Source: Chthonomonadales bacterium (GTDB lineage: Bacteria > Armatimonadota > Chthonomonadetes > Chthonomonadales > CAJBBX01). From it: 43,933 bases of DNA. The stretch is taken from the NCBI GenBank assembly GCA_049967475.1, contig JBMFSQ010000023.1, positions 13,654 through 57,586 on the forward strand, written 5' to 3'. Below are positions 18,152-27,764 of the stretch, in pieces. Made by a program: the position numbers and the translations under genes. The notes beneath the pieces were generated by a model. The model was given only the letters and a program-made list of their open reading frames with translations. It searched no databases and had not been told where the DNA came from. Positions within the stretch are counted from its first letter, which is position 1, and every line of letters starts with the position of its first letter.

Positions 18152-18174
18152 CCCCTCCGGTTGGAACCGGGGTG
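18152..18174 (+). terminator. Hairpin after rubrerythrin, possible terminator
   Basis: CCGGTT-GG-AACCGG inverted repeat right after the stop codon; no U-tract. Confidence 0.35.
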
Positions 18175-18182
18175 CACGAGCG

Positions 18183-18212
18183 TTGACACGCGTCCGCCTA
18201 CTGGGATACACT
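18183..18212 (+). promoter_or_regulatory. Sigma70-type promoter for lysA
   Basis: TTGACA-N18-TACACT. Confidence 0.65.
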
Positions 18213-18314
18213 ACACGCGCGGAACCGTGGTCACCCGTGCGCCCCGGACCGCTTTTTTGTAGCCGGGGAACCGTTGCGTCCGTGGCGGCGTAAAACAGGC
18301 AGCGACACCTCGAT

Positions 18315-19691
18315 ATGCTTCTAGGAACACAGCGCATCAACGAACAGGGGCATCTGGAAGTGGGCGGGTGCGACACAGTCCGCCTGGCTGCAGAGTTCGG
18401 AACGCCCCTCTACGTAATGGACGAAGCCCTCGTCCGTCAGAATTGCCGTGCGTACCGGGCTGCCTTTGAGAGCCGGTACCCCCAAAACGTGATCTGCTAT
18501 GCCAGCAAGGCATTCCTCACCAAGGCCTTCTGCTCCATTGTGGAGGAAGAGGGGCTCAATCTCGATGTGGCATCCCTCGGCGAACTCTATACGGCTCTGA
18601 GCGCAGGCTTCCCAGCCGAGCGTATCAACCTCCATGGCAACAACAAGTCCCGCGAGGAACTGGAGGCCGCGGTGAAGGCCCGCGTGGGCCACGTTGTGAT
18701 TGACCATCTGCTGGAGATAGACCAGTTGGCTGCCATCGCACGTGCCGCTGGAACCCGGATGGACGTTCTGGTTCGATGCACGCCGGGTGTGGATCCCCAT
18801 ACCCACAAGCTGATCAGTACCGGCCAGGCGGACACGAAATTCGGCCTCAATATCCAAGACGGCACGGCGATGGAAGGCATTCGGCGGGTGCTGGCCTCTC
18901 CGGAACTTCGCTTCGACGGCATCCACTGCCATGTGGGTAGCCAGCTTTTGGATACCGAGGCCCATGAGGGCGCCGTGGATATCATGGTGCGGCTGATGGA
19001 CGCCATCCGCGCCAATTTCGGTGTAGACACGCGCGTGCTCAATATCGGCGGCGGGTTGGGAGTGCGCTACCGTAGTGACCAGCGCCCTCCCTCGTTGGAT
19101 GAATTTGCCGAAGCGATCACCTCGCGTCTGAAGGCACGCCTGGCCGAGGCACGCCTTCCCTGGCCCATCCTTCAGCAGGAGCCTGGGCGGGCCATCGTGG
19201 GAGAGGCGGGGCTGACGCTCTATACAGCAGGCGCGGTGAAGACGGTTCCGATCCCCCAGGCGCCGGGCCACCGAACGTATGTGTCCGTGGATGGCGGGAT
19301 GTCGGATAATCCACGGCCCCAGCTCTACGATGCCGTCTACGAGATCGTTGTCGCCAACCGGGCGTCGGAACCGTGTGATCGTGAGGTGGCCATTGCCGGC
19401 AAACACTGCGAAACGGACGTGCTCATCTGGAGCGCCGCCGCGCCCGAGATCCGCCCGGGCGATATTATCGCCGTTCAAACGACCGGGGCGTACAACTACT
19501 CCATGGCGAGCAATTACAACCGCCTGCCGCGACCCGCGGTTGTGCTGGTATACGAGGGGCGCGCCGACGTAATCGTGGAGCGGGAAACCCTCGAAGATCT
19601 GGTTCGCCATGACATCACCCCCGAGCGCCTCCGGGCGCATGGGCGCAAGCGCCGCCCGGGCAAGGCGCCGGGAGCCGCCCTGGCGGATTAG
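18315..19691 (+). CDS. lysA: Diaminopimelate decarboxylase
   Basis: Motifs FGTPLYVMDE, YASKA (PLP Lys), HCHVGSQ, NIGGG, EPGR, CETD and GAYNYSMASNYN. Confidence 0.96.
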   Translation: MLLGTQRINEQGHLEVGGCDTVRLAAEFGTPLYVMDEALVRQNCRAYRAAFESRYPQNVICYASKAFLTKAFCSIVEEEGLNLDVASLGELYTALSAGFPAERINLHGNNKSREELEAAVKARVGHVVIDHLLEIDQLAAIARAAGTRMDVLVRCTPGVDPHTHKLISTGQADTKFGLNIQDGTAMEGIRRVLASPELRFDGIHCHVGSQLLDTEAHEGAVDIMVRLMDAIRANFGVDTRVLNIGGGLGVRYRSDQRPPSLDEFAEAITSRLKARLAEARLPWPILQQEPGRAIVGEAGLTLYTAGAVKTVPIPQAPGHRTYVSVDGGMSDNPRPQLYDAVYEIVVANRASEPCDREVAIAGKHCETDVLIWSAAAPEIRPGDIIAVQTTGAYNYSMASNYNRLPRPAVVLVYEGRADVIVERETLEDLVRHDITPERLRAHGRKRRPGKAPGAALAD

Positions 19692-19727
19692 GGCCCAGCA
19701 GGATGCCCCTCGCTACAGAAGGATAAA

Positions 19728-20378
19728 ATGGGGATTGACCTCTCTCGGATAGACGTGCACCAGGCTCTGGTCTATATCCTGGTCATCGTGTTGAGCATAA
19801 CCGTTCACGAGTTCGGGCACGCCTTTGTGGCGGATTTGCTCGGGGATGACACTCCCAGGCGCCAGGGGAGGGTGACGCTTTTGCCTACCGAGCATCTGGA
19901 TCCCCTTGGCTTTCTGATGATCGTGTTCATGGCTTTCGGCGGCATCGGGTTGGGCTGGGGCAAGCCCGTGCAAATCAACCCGGCCGCCCTTCGCCACCCC
20001 CGAAGGGATGACACTCTCATTACCCTGGCCGGGCCGTTTGCGAACCTCGTTTTGGCGTGCATTGCCGGGCTGGTGATCCGATTTCTAGGCCCCTCGCTTT
20101 CCGGCCTGGCCGCTGAGTTGGCTCAAACCTTCATGTTTGTGAACCTGAGCCTCATGTTCTTCAACCTGATCCCTATCCCGCCGTTGGATGGTTCGCATGT
20201 TATGGTGAACGCATTGCCGAGGGAACCGGCTATGCGCTATGCGCGCGTCATGGGCCAGTACGGCTTCATGATCCTGATTGCGTTGATCTTCTTCGGTGGG
20301 CCTTTCTTATACCAGCTTATCGAACGCCCTTCGCTGGCGATGGCAACCCTCATCACGGGCCTCCCGTTCAGCGGGTGA
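19728..20378 (+). CDS. Site-2 protease family (peptidase M50)
   Basis: HEFGH zinc motif, LAGPFAN and FNLIPIPPLDG. Confidence 0.92.
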   Translation: MGIDLSRIDVHQALVYILVIVLSITVHEFGHAFVADLLGDDTPRRQGRVTLLPTEHLDPLGFLMIVFMAFGGIGLGWGKPVQINPAALRHPRRDDTLITLAGPFANLVLACIAGLVIRFLGPSLSGLAAELAQTFMFVNLSLMFFNLIPIPPLDGSHVMVNALPREPAMRYARVMGQYGFMILIALIFFGGPFLYQLIERPSLAMATLITGLPFSG

Positions 20379-20415
20379 GGCGGGCGGCGCGGGCATTTTA
20401 CGGAGAGTGTCGGAG

Positions 20416-21411
20416 GTGCAGAAAAAGAGGATTTTGAGCGGGATGCAGCCCACCGGAACAGGGGCACTCCACCTGGGAAACCTTGAAGGTGCCTTGCGTA
20501 CGTGGGTGCGCCTCCAGCACGAGTACGAGATGTTTGCGTGCATCGTGGATTGGCACGCCCTCACCACGATGTATGATCGCACTGAAGGACTGGCCGCTGC
20601 GTGCCGGGAAGTGGCTGCCGATTATATCGCCGCAGGCCTGGATCCCGAGCGGTGCGCCATTTTCATCCAATCTCACGTTAAGGAGCATGCCGAACTCCAC
20701 CTGCTCCTCTCCATGGTAACGCCCCTCGGTTGGCTGGAACGCGTGCCCACGTTCAAGGAGAAGCGCGAGAACCTCCAGCTCAACGAAGAGTCGGTGTCCT
20801 ACGGCCTTTTGGGGTATCCCGTGCTGCAAGCCGCCGATATCCTCGTGTACCGAGCCCATGCGGTTCCCGTGGGCAAGGATCAGGCAGCCCACCTGGAGCT
20901 TACACGAGAGATCGCGCGACGCTTCAACCGCATCTACGGCCCTATCTTTCCCGAGCCCCAATCCCTTATCAATGAGGACACGGCGGTGGTTCCCGGGCTG
21001 GACGGCCGCAAAATGAGCAAGAGCTACGGCAATGCCATCTTCCTCTCGGATGACGCCGACACGGTAGCCCGCAAAGTGAACAGCGCATTCACTACCCCCA
21101 CCAAGATCCGCAAAACGGATCCTGGGGTTCCCGAGAATTGCGTCGTGTGCCAGTTGCGCCGCATCTACGATCCCGAAGGATACCGCACCTCTTGGGAAGA
21201 AGACCGGCAGGGATTGCGGGGATGCGTGCAGAACAAGAAGGAGCTAATTGAAATCCTTAATGCTGCATTGGAGCCCATCCGCCGCCGCAGGAAGGAGCTT
21301 CTTGCCGATCCCGGCCAACTGGAAGCGTATCTGAGAAGTGGCGCCGAGCGGGCACGGGCAGCGGCTTCCGAGACGATGGCGCTTGTGCGGGAGGCCATCG
21401 GTTTGAGGTAG
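20416..21411 (+). CDS. trpS: Tryptophan--tRNA ligase
   Basis: Motifs SGMQPTG, HLGN, YPVLQAADIL, VPVGKDQ and KMSKS. GTG start at 20416 or 20407. Confidence 0.96.
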   Translation: MQKKRILSGMQPTGTGALHLGNLEGALRTWVRLQHEYEMFACIVDWHALTTMYDRTEGLAAACREVAADYIAAGLDPERCAIFIQSHVKEHAELHLLLSMVTPLGWLERVPTFKEKRENLQLNEESVSYGLLGYPVLQAADILVYRAHAVPVGKDQAAHLELTREIARRFNRIYGPIFPEPQSLINEDTAVVPGLDGRKMSKSYGNAIFLSDDADTVARKVNSAFTTPTKIRKTDPGVPENCVVCQLRRIYDPEGYRTSWEEDRQGLRGCVQNKKELIEILNAALEPIRRRRKELLADPGQLEAYLRSGAERARAAASETMALVREAIGLR

Positions 21412-21423
21412 GGAGGTGCTTGG

Positions 21424-22191
21424 ATGCTGTCGCCGGAACAAATGGAGTGCTACCGCGAGAACGGATACCTGTTGGTGCCAGGGCTGCTCTCCAGAGAAGA
21501 GGCTAGTGTCCTGCGGCGGGAATGCCATGAGCTGGCAGAGCGGCTTTCGCGCCACCAGAACATTGATGCCACGTGGGGTTCCGCGCGGCAGGCGGTTCAG
21601 GGGGCAGCAGACACCCGGGTGCTTCACTGCCACAATGTGCAATTCTACTCGGCCGCATTCGCTCGGCTCATCGTGGATCCCCGTCTTACGGATGCTGCGG
21701 CCCATCTGATCGGTTCGCCCAATGTGCAGCTCCACCACACGAAGATGTTCATCAAGCCTCCTGAGAAGGGCTCGCCGTTCCCGATGCATCAGGACTACCC
21801 CTACTTCCCCCACGCCCACCACACCATGATCGCTGCCATCTTCCACTTCGATGATGCCCCTATCGAGAAGGGGTGTGTGCGGGTAATCCCGGGCAGTCAC
21901 AAACTGGGCCCCCTGGAACACAGTTCGGAAGGCGGATGGCACTTGCCCTTTGAGCAATACCCTTTGGAAGCCGCGGTTCCTTGCCCGGCGCGGGCCGGGG
22001 ATGTGCTCTTCTTCAGCTACCTTACCATCCATGGCTCCGGCATCAACACCAGTAAGGAGGCCCGCACCACGCTCCTGGTGCAGATGCGTGATCCGGAAGA
22101 TCCACCCACGGCCAAGGTGCACGAGAGCCGGGGGCAGGGCATGATGCTTCGAGGTGTGGACCCCGTGGCCCCGCCCCGCGGCGTAAGCTAG
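21424..22191 (+). CDS. Phytanoyl-CoA dioxygenase (PhyH)-family Fe(II)/2-oxoglutarate oxygenase
   Basis: Motifs YRENGYL, HQD, IPGSHK and HGSGIN...R; GGGAGG SD. Confidence 0.9.
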   Translation: MLSPEQMECYRENGYLLVPGLLSREEASVLRRECHELAERLSRHQNIDATWGSARQAVQGAADTRVLHCHNVQFYSAAFARLIVDPRLTDAAAHLIGSPNVQLHHTKMFIKPPEKGSPFPMHQDYPYFPHAHHTMIAAIFHFDDAPIEKGCVRVIPGSHKLGPLEHSSEGGWHLPFEQYPLEAAVPCPARAGDVLFFSYLTIHGSGINTSKEARTTLLVQMRDPEDPPTAKVHESRGQGMMLRGVDPVAPPRGVS

Positions 22192-22200
22192 CTGCTGCCT

Positions 22201-23154
22201 TCAGGGTATCAGCACGATCTTTCCGTAGGCGCCCGGGCTCATGACGAGTTCGTGGGCTTTCGGTGCGTCGGCGAGCGGCAGTTCCATCCGCACAACGGGC
22301 CTCAAGACGCCGGCCTCCATGGCGGCATAGAGGGCGGAGTGCATGGCCCGTGTCTGTTGAGGCGTGGAATAGTACAGGATGAGCCCCAGGATAGACACCT
22401 CTTTCTGCATGGTGAGGCGGGGATCTATCTCAATGGTTCCGCGGCTGCCCACTACTACGATGCGGCAGCCCGGCGCGGCTACTTTGAGATCCTCTTGCAG
22501 ATTTACGTTGGCGAGCATCTCCACAATGAGATCCGGCCCTCGCCCACCCGTAAGATCGAGGATGCGGGCGTAGTCATCATGTGCGGTTACATGATGAGCG
22601 CCTTCCTTCGTCACCAGCTCTGCTCCAAGTTCTGTGCCGGCGGTCCCGATTACGGTAAGGCCGGCTGCACGGGCGAGTTGCACACAGGCCAGCCCAACAG
22701 CTCCCGATGCGCCGTGCACCAGCACCGTTTCCCCAGGCTGGGCGCTGCCGCGTATGTAGAGCGCTCGCCAGGCAGTGCCGCACGGGATGCCCACACCGGC
22801 GCCTTGGGAGAAGGTAATTCCCTCGGGCAGCGGATGCACCTGATCCTCCGTGCATACGGCCTTGGCAGCATAGGCGCCGGTAACCGTTCCCCAGGTATAC
22901 ACGCGGTCCCCAACTTTAAAGCGCGTAACCCCGGTTCCAACCGCATCCACGATGCCCGCCAAATCCGAACCCGGCGTATAGGGAAGATCCGGCTGAGAAG
23001 CGTATCGGCCTGAGCGGATGTAGGTTTCTACCGGATTTACTCCGATGGCCTTGACGTCTATCCTTATCTGCCCCGCGCCAGGTTGCGGATCGGCAACCTC
23101 CTCCAATTGGAGCACGTCGGGGTCTCCAAAGCGATGTACGCGGATAGCCTTCAT
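22201..23154 (-). CDS. NADPH:quinone reductase (zeta-crystallin family)
   Basis: Motifs GVNPVETYIRSG, LPYTPG, VHGASGAVG and GKIVLIP. Confidence 0.92.
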   Translation of the reverse strand: MKAIRVHRFGDPDVLQLEEVADPQPGAGQIRIDVKAIGVNPVETYIRSGRYASQPDLPYTPGSDLAGIVDAVGTGVTRFKVGDRVYTWGTVTGAYAAKAVCTEDQVHPLPEGITFSQGAGVGIPCGTAWRALYIRGSAQPGETVLVHGASGAVGLACVQLARAAGLTVIGTAGTELGAELVTKEGAHHVTAHDDYARILDLTGGRGPDLIVEMLANVNLQEDLKVAAPGCRIVVVGSRGTIEIDPRLTMQKEVSILGLILYYSTPQQTRAMHSALYAAMEAGVLRPVVRMELPLADAPKAHELVMSPGAYGKIVLIP

Positions 23155-23299
23155 CAGATGTCTCCTCTGGCGTCGTTGTTCTTAAGGTGTTATACCCGTT
23201 CCCTTCGGCAGGAGGCGAAGGCAGACGCCGCGAAGGTAACCATACACGATGCGGTTCGCATACTCTTGCCCAGCCCTGCGTGACGCTTTGGAGGGAGCG

Positions 23300-24859
23300 A
23301 TGAACAAGAGGATTACACGCCGTGAATTCATGGCCGCGGCATCGGCTGCGCTGGCGGCGAAGGCCATCCCGGGAGAACCATCCATGCAGATGATCGGTAT
23401 GTACATCCATCAGCACTGGCCTTATAATCATCCTTACTGTGCGCGAACTTGGACGCTTTCAGATTGGAATGGATATCTGACCGGCATCCGGGAACTGGGC
23501 TACAACACCGTGATGATTTGGCCCGTGTTGGACACGATGCCGGAGCCTCTCACTCCTTCGGACCAGCGCGCTATCGCTAAGATCGCACGGGTCATCCGCC
23601 TAGCCCACGAAAAGTTGGGAATGAAGGTGTATCTGGCGTTGTGCCCCAATGTCATGGCGGATGACGCTCGGGCTTCAAGGGCGCCCTTCGAGAAGCGGCA
23701 CTTCTTTGCGTGCGACATTCGGGTGAACCCTGGGGATGCCGAAGCCATGGCACGGATGATGCGCCGGCGCGAGGAAATGCTGCGTCCGCTGGCGGAAGCC
23801 GACGGAGTGGCGATCATAGACAGCGATCCGGGCGGATATCCCAATTCCACCAATGCCGAGTTTGTTCGCCTGTTGGGCGAGCACCGGAAGATGCTCGATC
23901 GGCTACGGCCGGGCATGGAGCTGGTCTATTGGATGCACATGGGTTGGGAGGCTTACAGCCGCTTTTACGCCACGGGACGTTTGGAAGCCGGCGCGGCGGA
24001 GGAGCACCTGGACGCACTGCGGCGGCTGCAAGCGCTCAACCCGGAGCCATGGGCCCTCTTCAACGGACTTCCCTATGCCCAATCACTCGGATTGGCTTCG
24101 CGCGTTGCGCTTTTCAACTACGGGGTTATCGAATGGGAGCCTCAGTTCCCCAAAACGAACTTCGGGGGGCGCGGCGCCTACGACGGGGGCCGAGCTTTGG
24201 GACCTCGAGGAGTTATGGGGAATGCCCAAACGCATTGCGTGCAGATCCCCAATACCTTTGCGTTTGCCCGAGGTGCGCTGGGCCTTCCTCTGGAAGAGGC
24301 TGATTATAAGGACCTGGCGGAGAAATTGATCCCTGGTTTGGGGGAATTGATCCACGCCGGCTGGCGAAGCCTGGCGAGCCATGATGCCCGCGCGATGCGG
24401 GATGCAGCCAGACAGATCGCTCGGGCTGCCTCCGGGCGCCACGCCGAGGGGCCGTTGAGTGGCCTGCTCTTCGGCAGCCCAAGGCGGTTTCTGGACGATC
24501 TTGTGCTGATGCTGCGATACCAGGCCGCGTTGGAGGATTTCGTTGCATCTGGGAACGATGGAACGTCGCCGGAAGGACCCCTGCTGACGTTGGTGACGGC
24601 TGCCGGCGCGTGGCAAAAGGTGCACGGTTACCAGAACCTTTGGCAGGATGAGGCTTTGATGGCCGCACTGCGCCGCCTGAAGGATCCGGCAGTGGATGAG
24701 GTCCTCGGCCTCAGCTACGAGGCCCGGCCGCCTCTGCCGCCCAACACGACGCCCTTCCAGCAGGTGGCCCGCAATTTCCTGGCAATCGAAACGTACACGC
24801 CGCGTTTGCTCCATGCCATGCGGCGCGCCGCCGGCCATTACCCGTCCCGCCGCAAATGA
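23300..24859 (+). CDS. Tat-exported hypothetical protein, possibly a TIM-barrel glycoside hydrolase
   Basis: GGAGGGAG SD; ITRREFMAAASAALAA twin-arginine signal; GMYIHQHW and LGYNTVMIWP motifs. Confidence 0.65.
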   Translation: MNKRITRREFMAAASAALAAKAIPGEPSMQMIGMYIHQHWPYNHPYCARTWTLSDWNGYLTGIRELGYNTVMIWPVLDTMPEPLTPSDQRAIAKIARVIRLAHEKLGMKVYLALCPNVMADDARASRAPFEKRHFFACDIRVNPGDAEAMARMMRRREEMLRPLAEADGVAIIDSDPGGYPNSTNAEFVRLLGEHRKMLDRLRPGMELVYWMHMGWEAYSRFYATGRLEAGAAEEHLDALRRLQALNPEPWALFNGLPYAQSLGLASRVALFNYGVIEWEPQFPKTNFGGRGAYDGGRALGPRGVMGNAQTHCVQIPNTFAFARGALGLPLEEADYKDLAEKLIPGLGELIHAGWRSLASHDARAMRDAARQIARAASGRHAEGPLSGLLFGSPRRFLDDLVLMLRYQAALEDFVASGNDGTSPEGPLLTLVTAAGAWQKVHGYQNLWQDEALMAALRRLKDPAVDEVLGLSYEARPPLPPNTTPFQQVARNFLAIETYTPRLLHAMRRAAGHYPSRRK

Positions 24860-24871
24860 AGCGCGTACCCG

Positions 24872-26431
24872 CTACAGCTTGCCCTGAATGGCGCGCGCCC
24901 GCTGAACTGCCGCTTCCACCTCTCGCTGCCATTTGAGCTGGGAGCTTGCGGATCCGGGCAGGCTGTTGGTGCGCATGGCGTCGAAGAATGCCTTGCCGGC
25001 ATCGAGGCAGAGCCCGGCATAATCCTTGGCGCCTTGGGTGTCTCCTTTGGCTTGCAGGATCTCCGCCAGCTCGATAGCGGCAACAGGGCGCTCGTACAGA
25101 GGGGCCACCTTCAACCATTCACGGGCCCACCGTTCAGCCGTGGGCCAGTCTTGCGCCTGCCGCGCCGTTCCCACGAGGTACCGCAGCGCCTCGGCCTGGT
25201 AGACGCTGTTGGGCCGGCGCTTCAGAAGCTCGGCATAGGCCGCCACCGCCTGGGACCGCATGCCGTATTGATCGTATGCCTGGGCAATCTCCTCAAGAGC
25301 CCACGCGACGTAGGGGCTGTCGGGGTACCGGTCTACGATGGAGCGAAACATGCGTACCCGATCCTCCAACGTCTTTTGCTTTCGGCCGATCATCCGCGCA
25401 AGCATCTCGGCGGCGCTTGGGGCCCATATGCTGTTGGGCATGCGGTCCAGGATGGTACGGAGGTCGCGAATGTGCTTTGGGGTGGCGCCCAGGAGATCTT
25501 CCTCGCCTTCTTGCGACACGCGCCATGCACTGGGAACTTCGCCAAGATAGCGGCGGAAGGCCGGACCAAACAGGTCGGCCACGGGCAGCGGCCCAAAGGT
25601 TGAGAACTGGCTCCTGAACCAGGCTCCGTCGCTGGGAACCAGTGCGCCGCGATGGGTATAGCCATAGACCACCTTGGTGGTGGCTGCAGTAAGGATGTAG
25701 ACTGCGGCTAGGCCGGCGGCGACGATCAATGCGCGGCGGCGGTCCACTGTGGAAGTGGGAGCGCCCAGGCGGAAAATCAGGCTGCTGTGTATTCGGTACA
25801 ACAGCAGCGCAGCCGCCAGAAGGATCCCTTTGCTCACCCACCAGGCTCCCGCAAAGTCACCCATGGGGATCCCGGACACGGGGATAGAGAGCGAATAGGC
25901 CCGCAGTGATAGGTAGGGGTTCATCACGGGACCGGGTACGAGATCGAAGGCCCAGTAGAGAGCGGCGATGCCGAAACCCGCCATGGGTTGCCGGAAGAGT
26001 GTGGCCATGGTGAGCGCAAGGACGGCGAGGAAAAGCGTGGAAGGGAGGGATGCAGCGACGACGGCGGCAACGTTGTAGGGGCCCGATGACGCATAGAATG
26101 CAGCCAGCGTGAGCGCCTGAAGGATCCACACGAAGGCCAGCACCGCCGCCAGGCGCATGAGGACGAGGCGGGGAAGGTTGAGAGGTTTGCAGGCCAGAAT
26201 GGCCCCTAAGCGGGCGGGATATTCCGGCGCCAATAGATGGGCCGCCAGAAAGGCCGCTACGATGGGAGTAACCATCTCGGCGCTTTGGGCCGGAAGCGTA
26301 GGCGCCGCCCGCTGCGTCACGAGCGTCCAGAATACCGTAAGCTGGCTCACCGCAATGGGAAAAACGAGCAGCCACCAGCTTCGAAACATCACGACCCTGA
26401 AATTGTATCGAATGAGGGCTGCGCTGTTCAT
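24872..26431 (-). CDS. ABC-2-type permease-like membrane domain fused to a C-terminal TPR domain
   Basis: About 6-7 TM segments with PEYPARLGAILACKP; TPR repeats of BamD/CpoB style (DRYPDSPYVAWALEEIAQAY, RRPNSVYQAEALRYL). Confidence 0.72.
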   Translation of the reverse strand: MNSAALIRYNFRVVMFRSWWLLVFPIAVSQLTVFWTLVTQRAAPTLPAQSAEMVTPIVAAFLAAHLLAPEYPARLGAILACKPLNLPRLVLMRLAAVLAFVWILQALTLAAFYASSGPYNVAAVVAASLPSTLFLAVLALTMATLFRQPMAGFGIAALYWAFDLVPGPVMNPYLSLRAYSLSIPVSGIPMGDFAGAWWVSKGILLAAALLLYRIHSSLIFRLGAPTSTVDRRRALIVAAGLAAVYILTAATTKVVYGYTHRGALVPSDGAWFRSQFSTFGPLPVADLFGPAFRRYLGEVPSAWRVSQEGEEDLLGATPKHIRDLRTILDRMPNSIWAPSAAEMLARMIGRKQKTLEDRVRMFRSIVDRYPDSPYVAWALEEIAQAYDQYGMRSQAVAAYAELLKRRPNSVYQAEALRYLVGTARQAQDWPTAERWAREWLKVAPLYERPVAAIELAEILQAKGDTQGAKDYAGLCLDAGKAFFDAMRTNSLPGSASSQLKWQREVEAAVQRARAIQGKL

Positions 26432-26459
26432 GTGAGATCCTCTAGCTGGACGAGGCCTT

Positions 26460-27764
26460 TCATTGGGGGTTCGCGGCGAGACGCGCCTTGACCGCCTCCT
26501 CGAGCAAAGAACCGGCACTGGCATCAATGCCCGTGAGGATTGTCTTCACCCGCCGCCTGCGGTCCGTCACCACGACCTTGGGCAAAACGGTTACCTGGTA
26601 GGCATTGGCCATGGGCGAGCTATCCATGAGATCCGGCGCATGGTGCGTCCCCCAATCCTCTACCACCGGATACGAGAGCATCTCGCCTTGGGCGAATGTC
26701 TCTACGGCGCCCATGTCCTCGCTGATGCAGATGGCTACCGGTTGTACGCCCTGGCTGCCGTACCGATGGGCAATCTCTTGGAGGCGATCGAGAACCGCCA
26801 CGGAATCCGGGTCTGACGGCGACCACAATGCGATCACGAAGATGCTCCCCTCATAATCCGAGAGTTGTGTGGGGCGGCCGTGTTGATCGGGAAAGAGGAA
26901 CCCAGGGGCGGGATTGTTGGGGACGATATTCTGTGCTTCCATCAGATCCAGCGCAGGCTGCTCGCCGGAGAGGGGATCGTGGGTGCGGGCCAACTGGACC
27001 TTCAGGTTGGCGACGGCCAGGAGGACGCCGAGGAGGGTGAGGGCAGGCGCGTACCATGCGACGCGGGTTCCGCCGCGCCGGCCGGGCCGGTAGAACCAGC
27101 ATGCGGCGCCGATAGCGGCTGCGCCTAGAGCCATATAGGTGGGCACATTTTGGGTATAGGCAGGGATGTAGGCTTTGGCCAGGAAGCTCCTCCCTGCAAG
27201 CGCCAGGGCCAAAAAGAGCCCCGCCACAGAACCGGCCAGCGGTGTCCCTGTGAGCAGGGCCAACGTGTAGGCTGCCGCCCCCAGAAACAGGAGTGCTCCC
27301 GACGACACGCCGTATCGGCTTGCGTAGGCCCCAATGCCTGCCAAGGACCCATGGGACGCGTAATGAGCGCACGCTGCGCCGGCAAAGAGCGCTGCATTCG
27401 CCAGAAGAACCTGAGCGAGGATTGCCAGAAACTTGGCAGCCACGATGCGCTCGTTGGGCTGGGGCTTGGGATAAAGAAGAACGTCAGTCCGCAGCACTTG
27501 ATCGCCCACGGCTGCGAGGGACATCCAGACCACCACAACGAAGCCGAAGACGCGCCACGAGGCTTCGCCTGCTGCCCATGCGGAAGGGCCTGCTCCGTGA
27601 CCTGCTTGAGAACCCACAGCAAGGCCGACCAAAAAGGCGGTGAAAGCTGCTACGCGGAATGCGGCGGTGCGCATGGCCGCCCGCGCTTCGAAGCCGGCCA
27701 GGCTGAGGGCGGTTGGCGGGCGCTGCCGAGAGGCGGCCTTAGGCTCCATCTCCGGAACCCCCAT
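26460..27764 (-). CDS. ABC-2-type permease-like membrane domain fused to a TlpA/redoxin-like domain lacking CxxC
   Basis: TM region with DQVLRTDVLLYPKP...VAAKFLA; C-terminal PAPGFLFPDQHGRPTQLSDYEG...YQVTVLPKVVVTD. Start is 27764 or 27749. Confidence 0.72.
   Translation of the reverse strand: MGVPEMEPKAASRQRPPTALSLAGFEARAAMRTAAFRVAAFTAFLVGLAVGSQAGHGAGPSAWAAGEASWRVFGFVVVVWMSLAAVGDQVLRTDVLLYPKPQPNERIVAAKFLAILAQVLLANAALFAGAACAHYASHGSLAGIGAYASRYGVSSGALLFLGAAAYTLALLTGTPLAGSVAGLFLALALAGRSFLAKAYIPAYTQNVPTYMALGAAAIGAACWFYRPGRRGGTRVAWYAPALTLLGVLLAVANLKVQLARTHDPLSGEQPALDLMEAQNIVPNNPAPGFLFPDQHGRPTQLSDYEGSIFVIALWSPSDPDSVAVLDRLQEIAHRYGSQGVQPVAICISEDMGAVETFAQGEMLSYPVVEDWGTHHAPDLMDSSPMANAYQVTVLPKVVVTDRRRRVKTILTGIDASAGSLLEEAVKARLAANPQ

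Noticed and set aside
18213..18314. Lysine riboswitch or T-box before lysA
   Set aside because: The leader is only ~100 nt and lacks lysine-riboswitch and T-box consensus motifs.
18321..19640. Long antisense or alternate-frame ORFs (also 30937..32601, 41427..42995, 14246..15526, 11378..13036)
   Set aside because: Shadows of well-supported genes caused by high-GC codon bias; no recognisable protein motifs.
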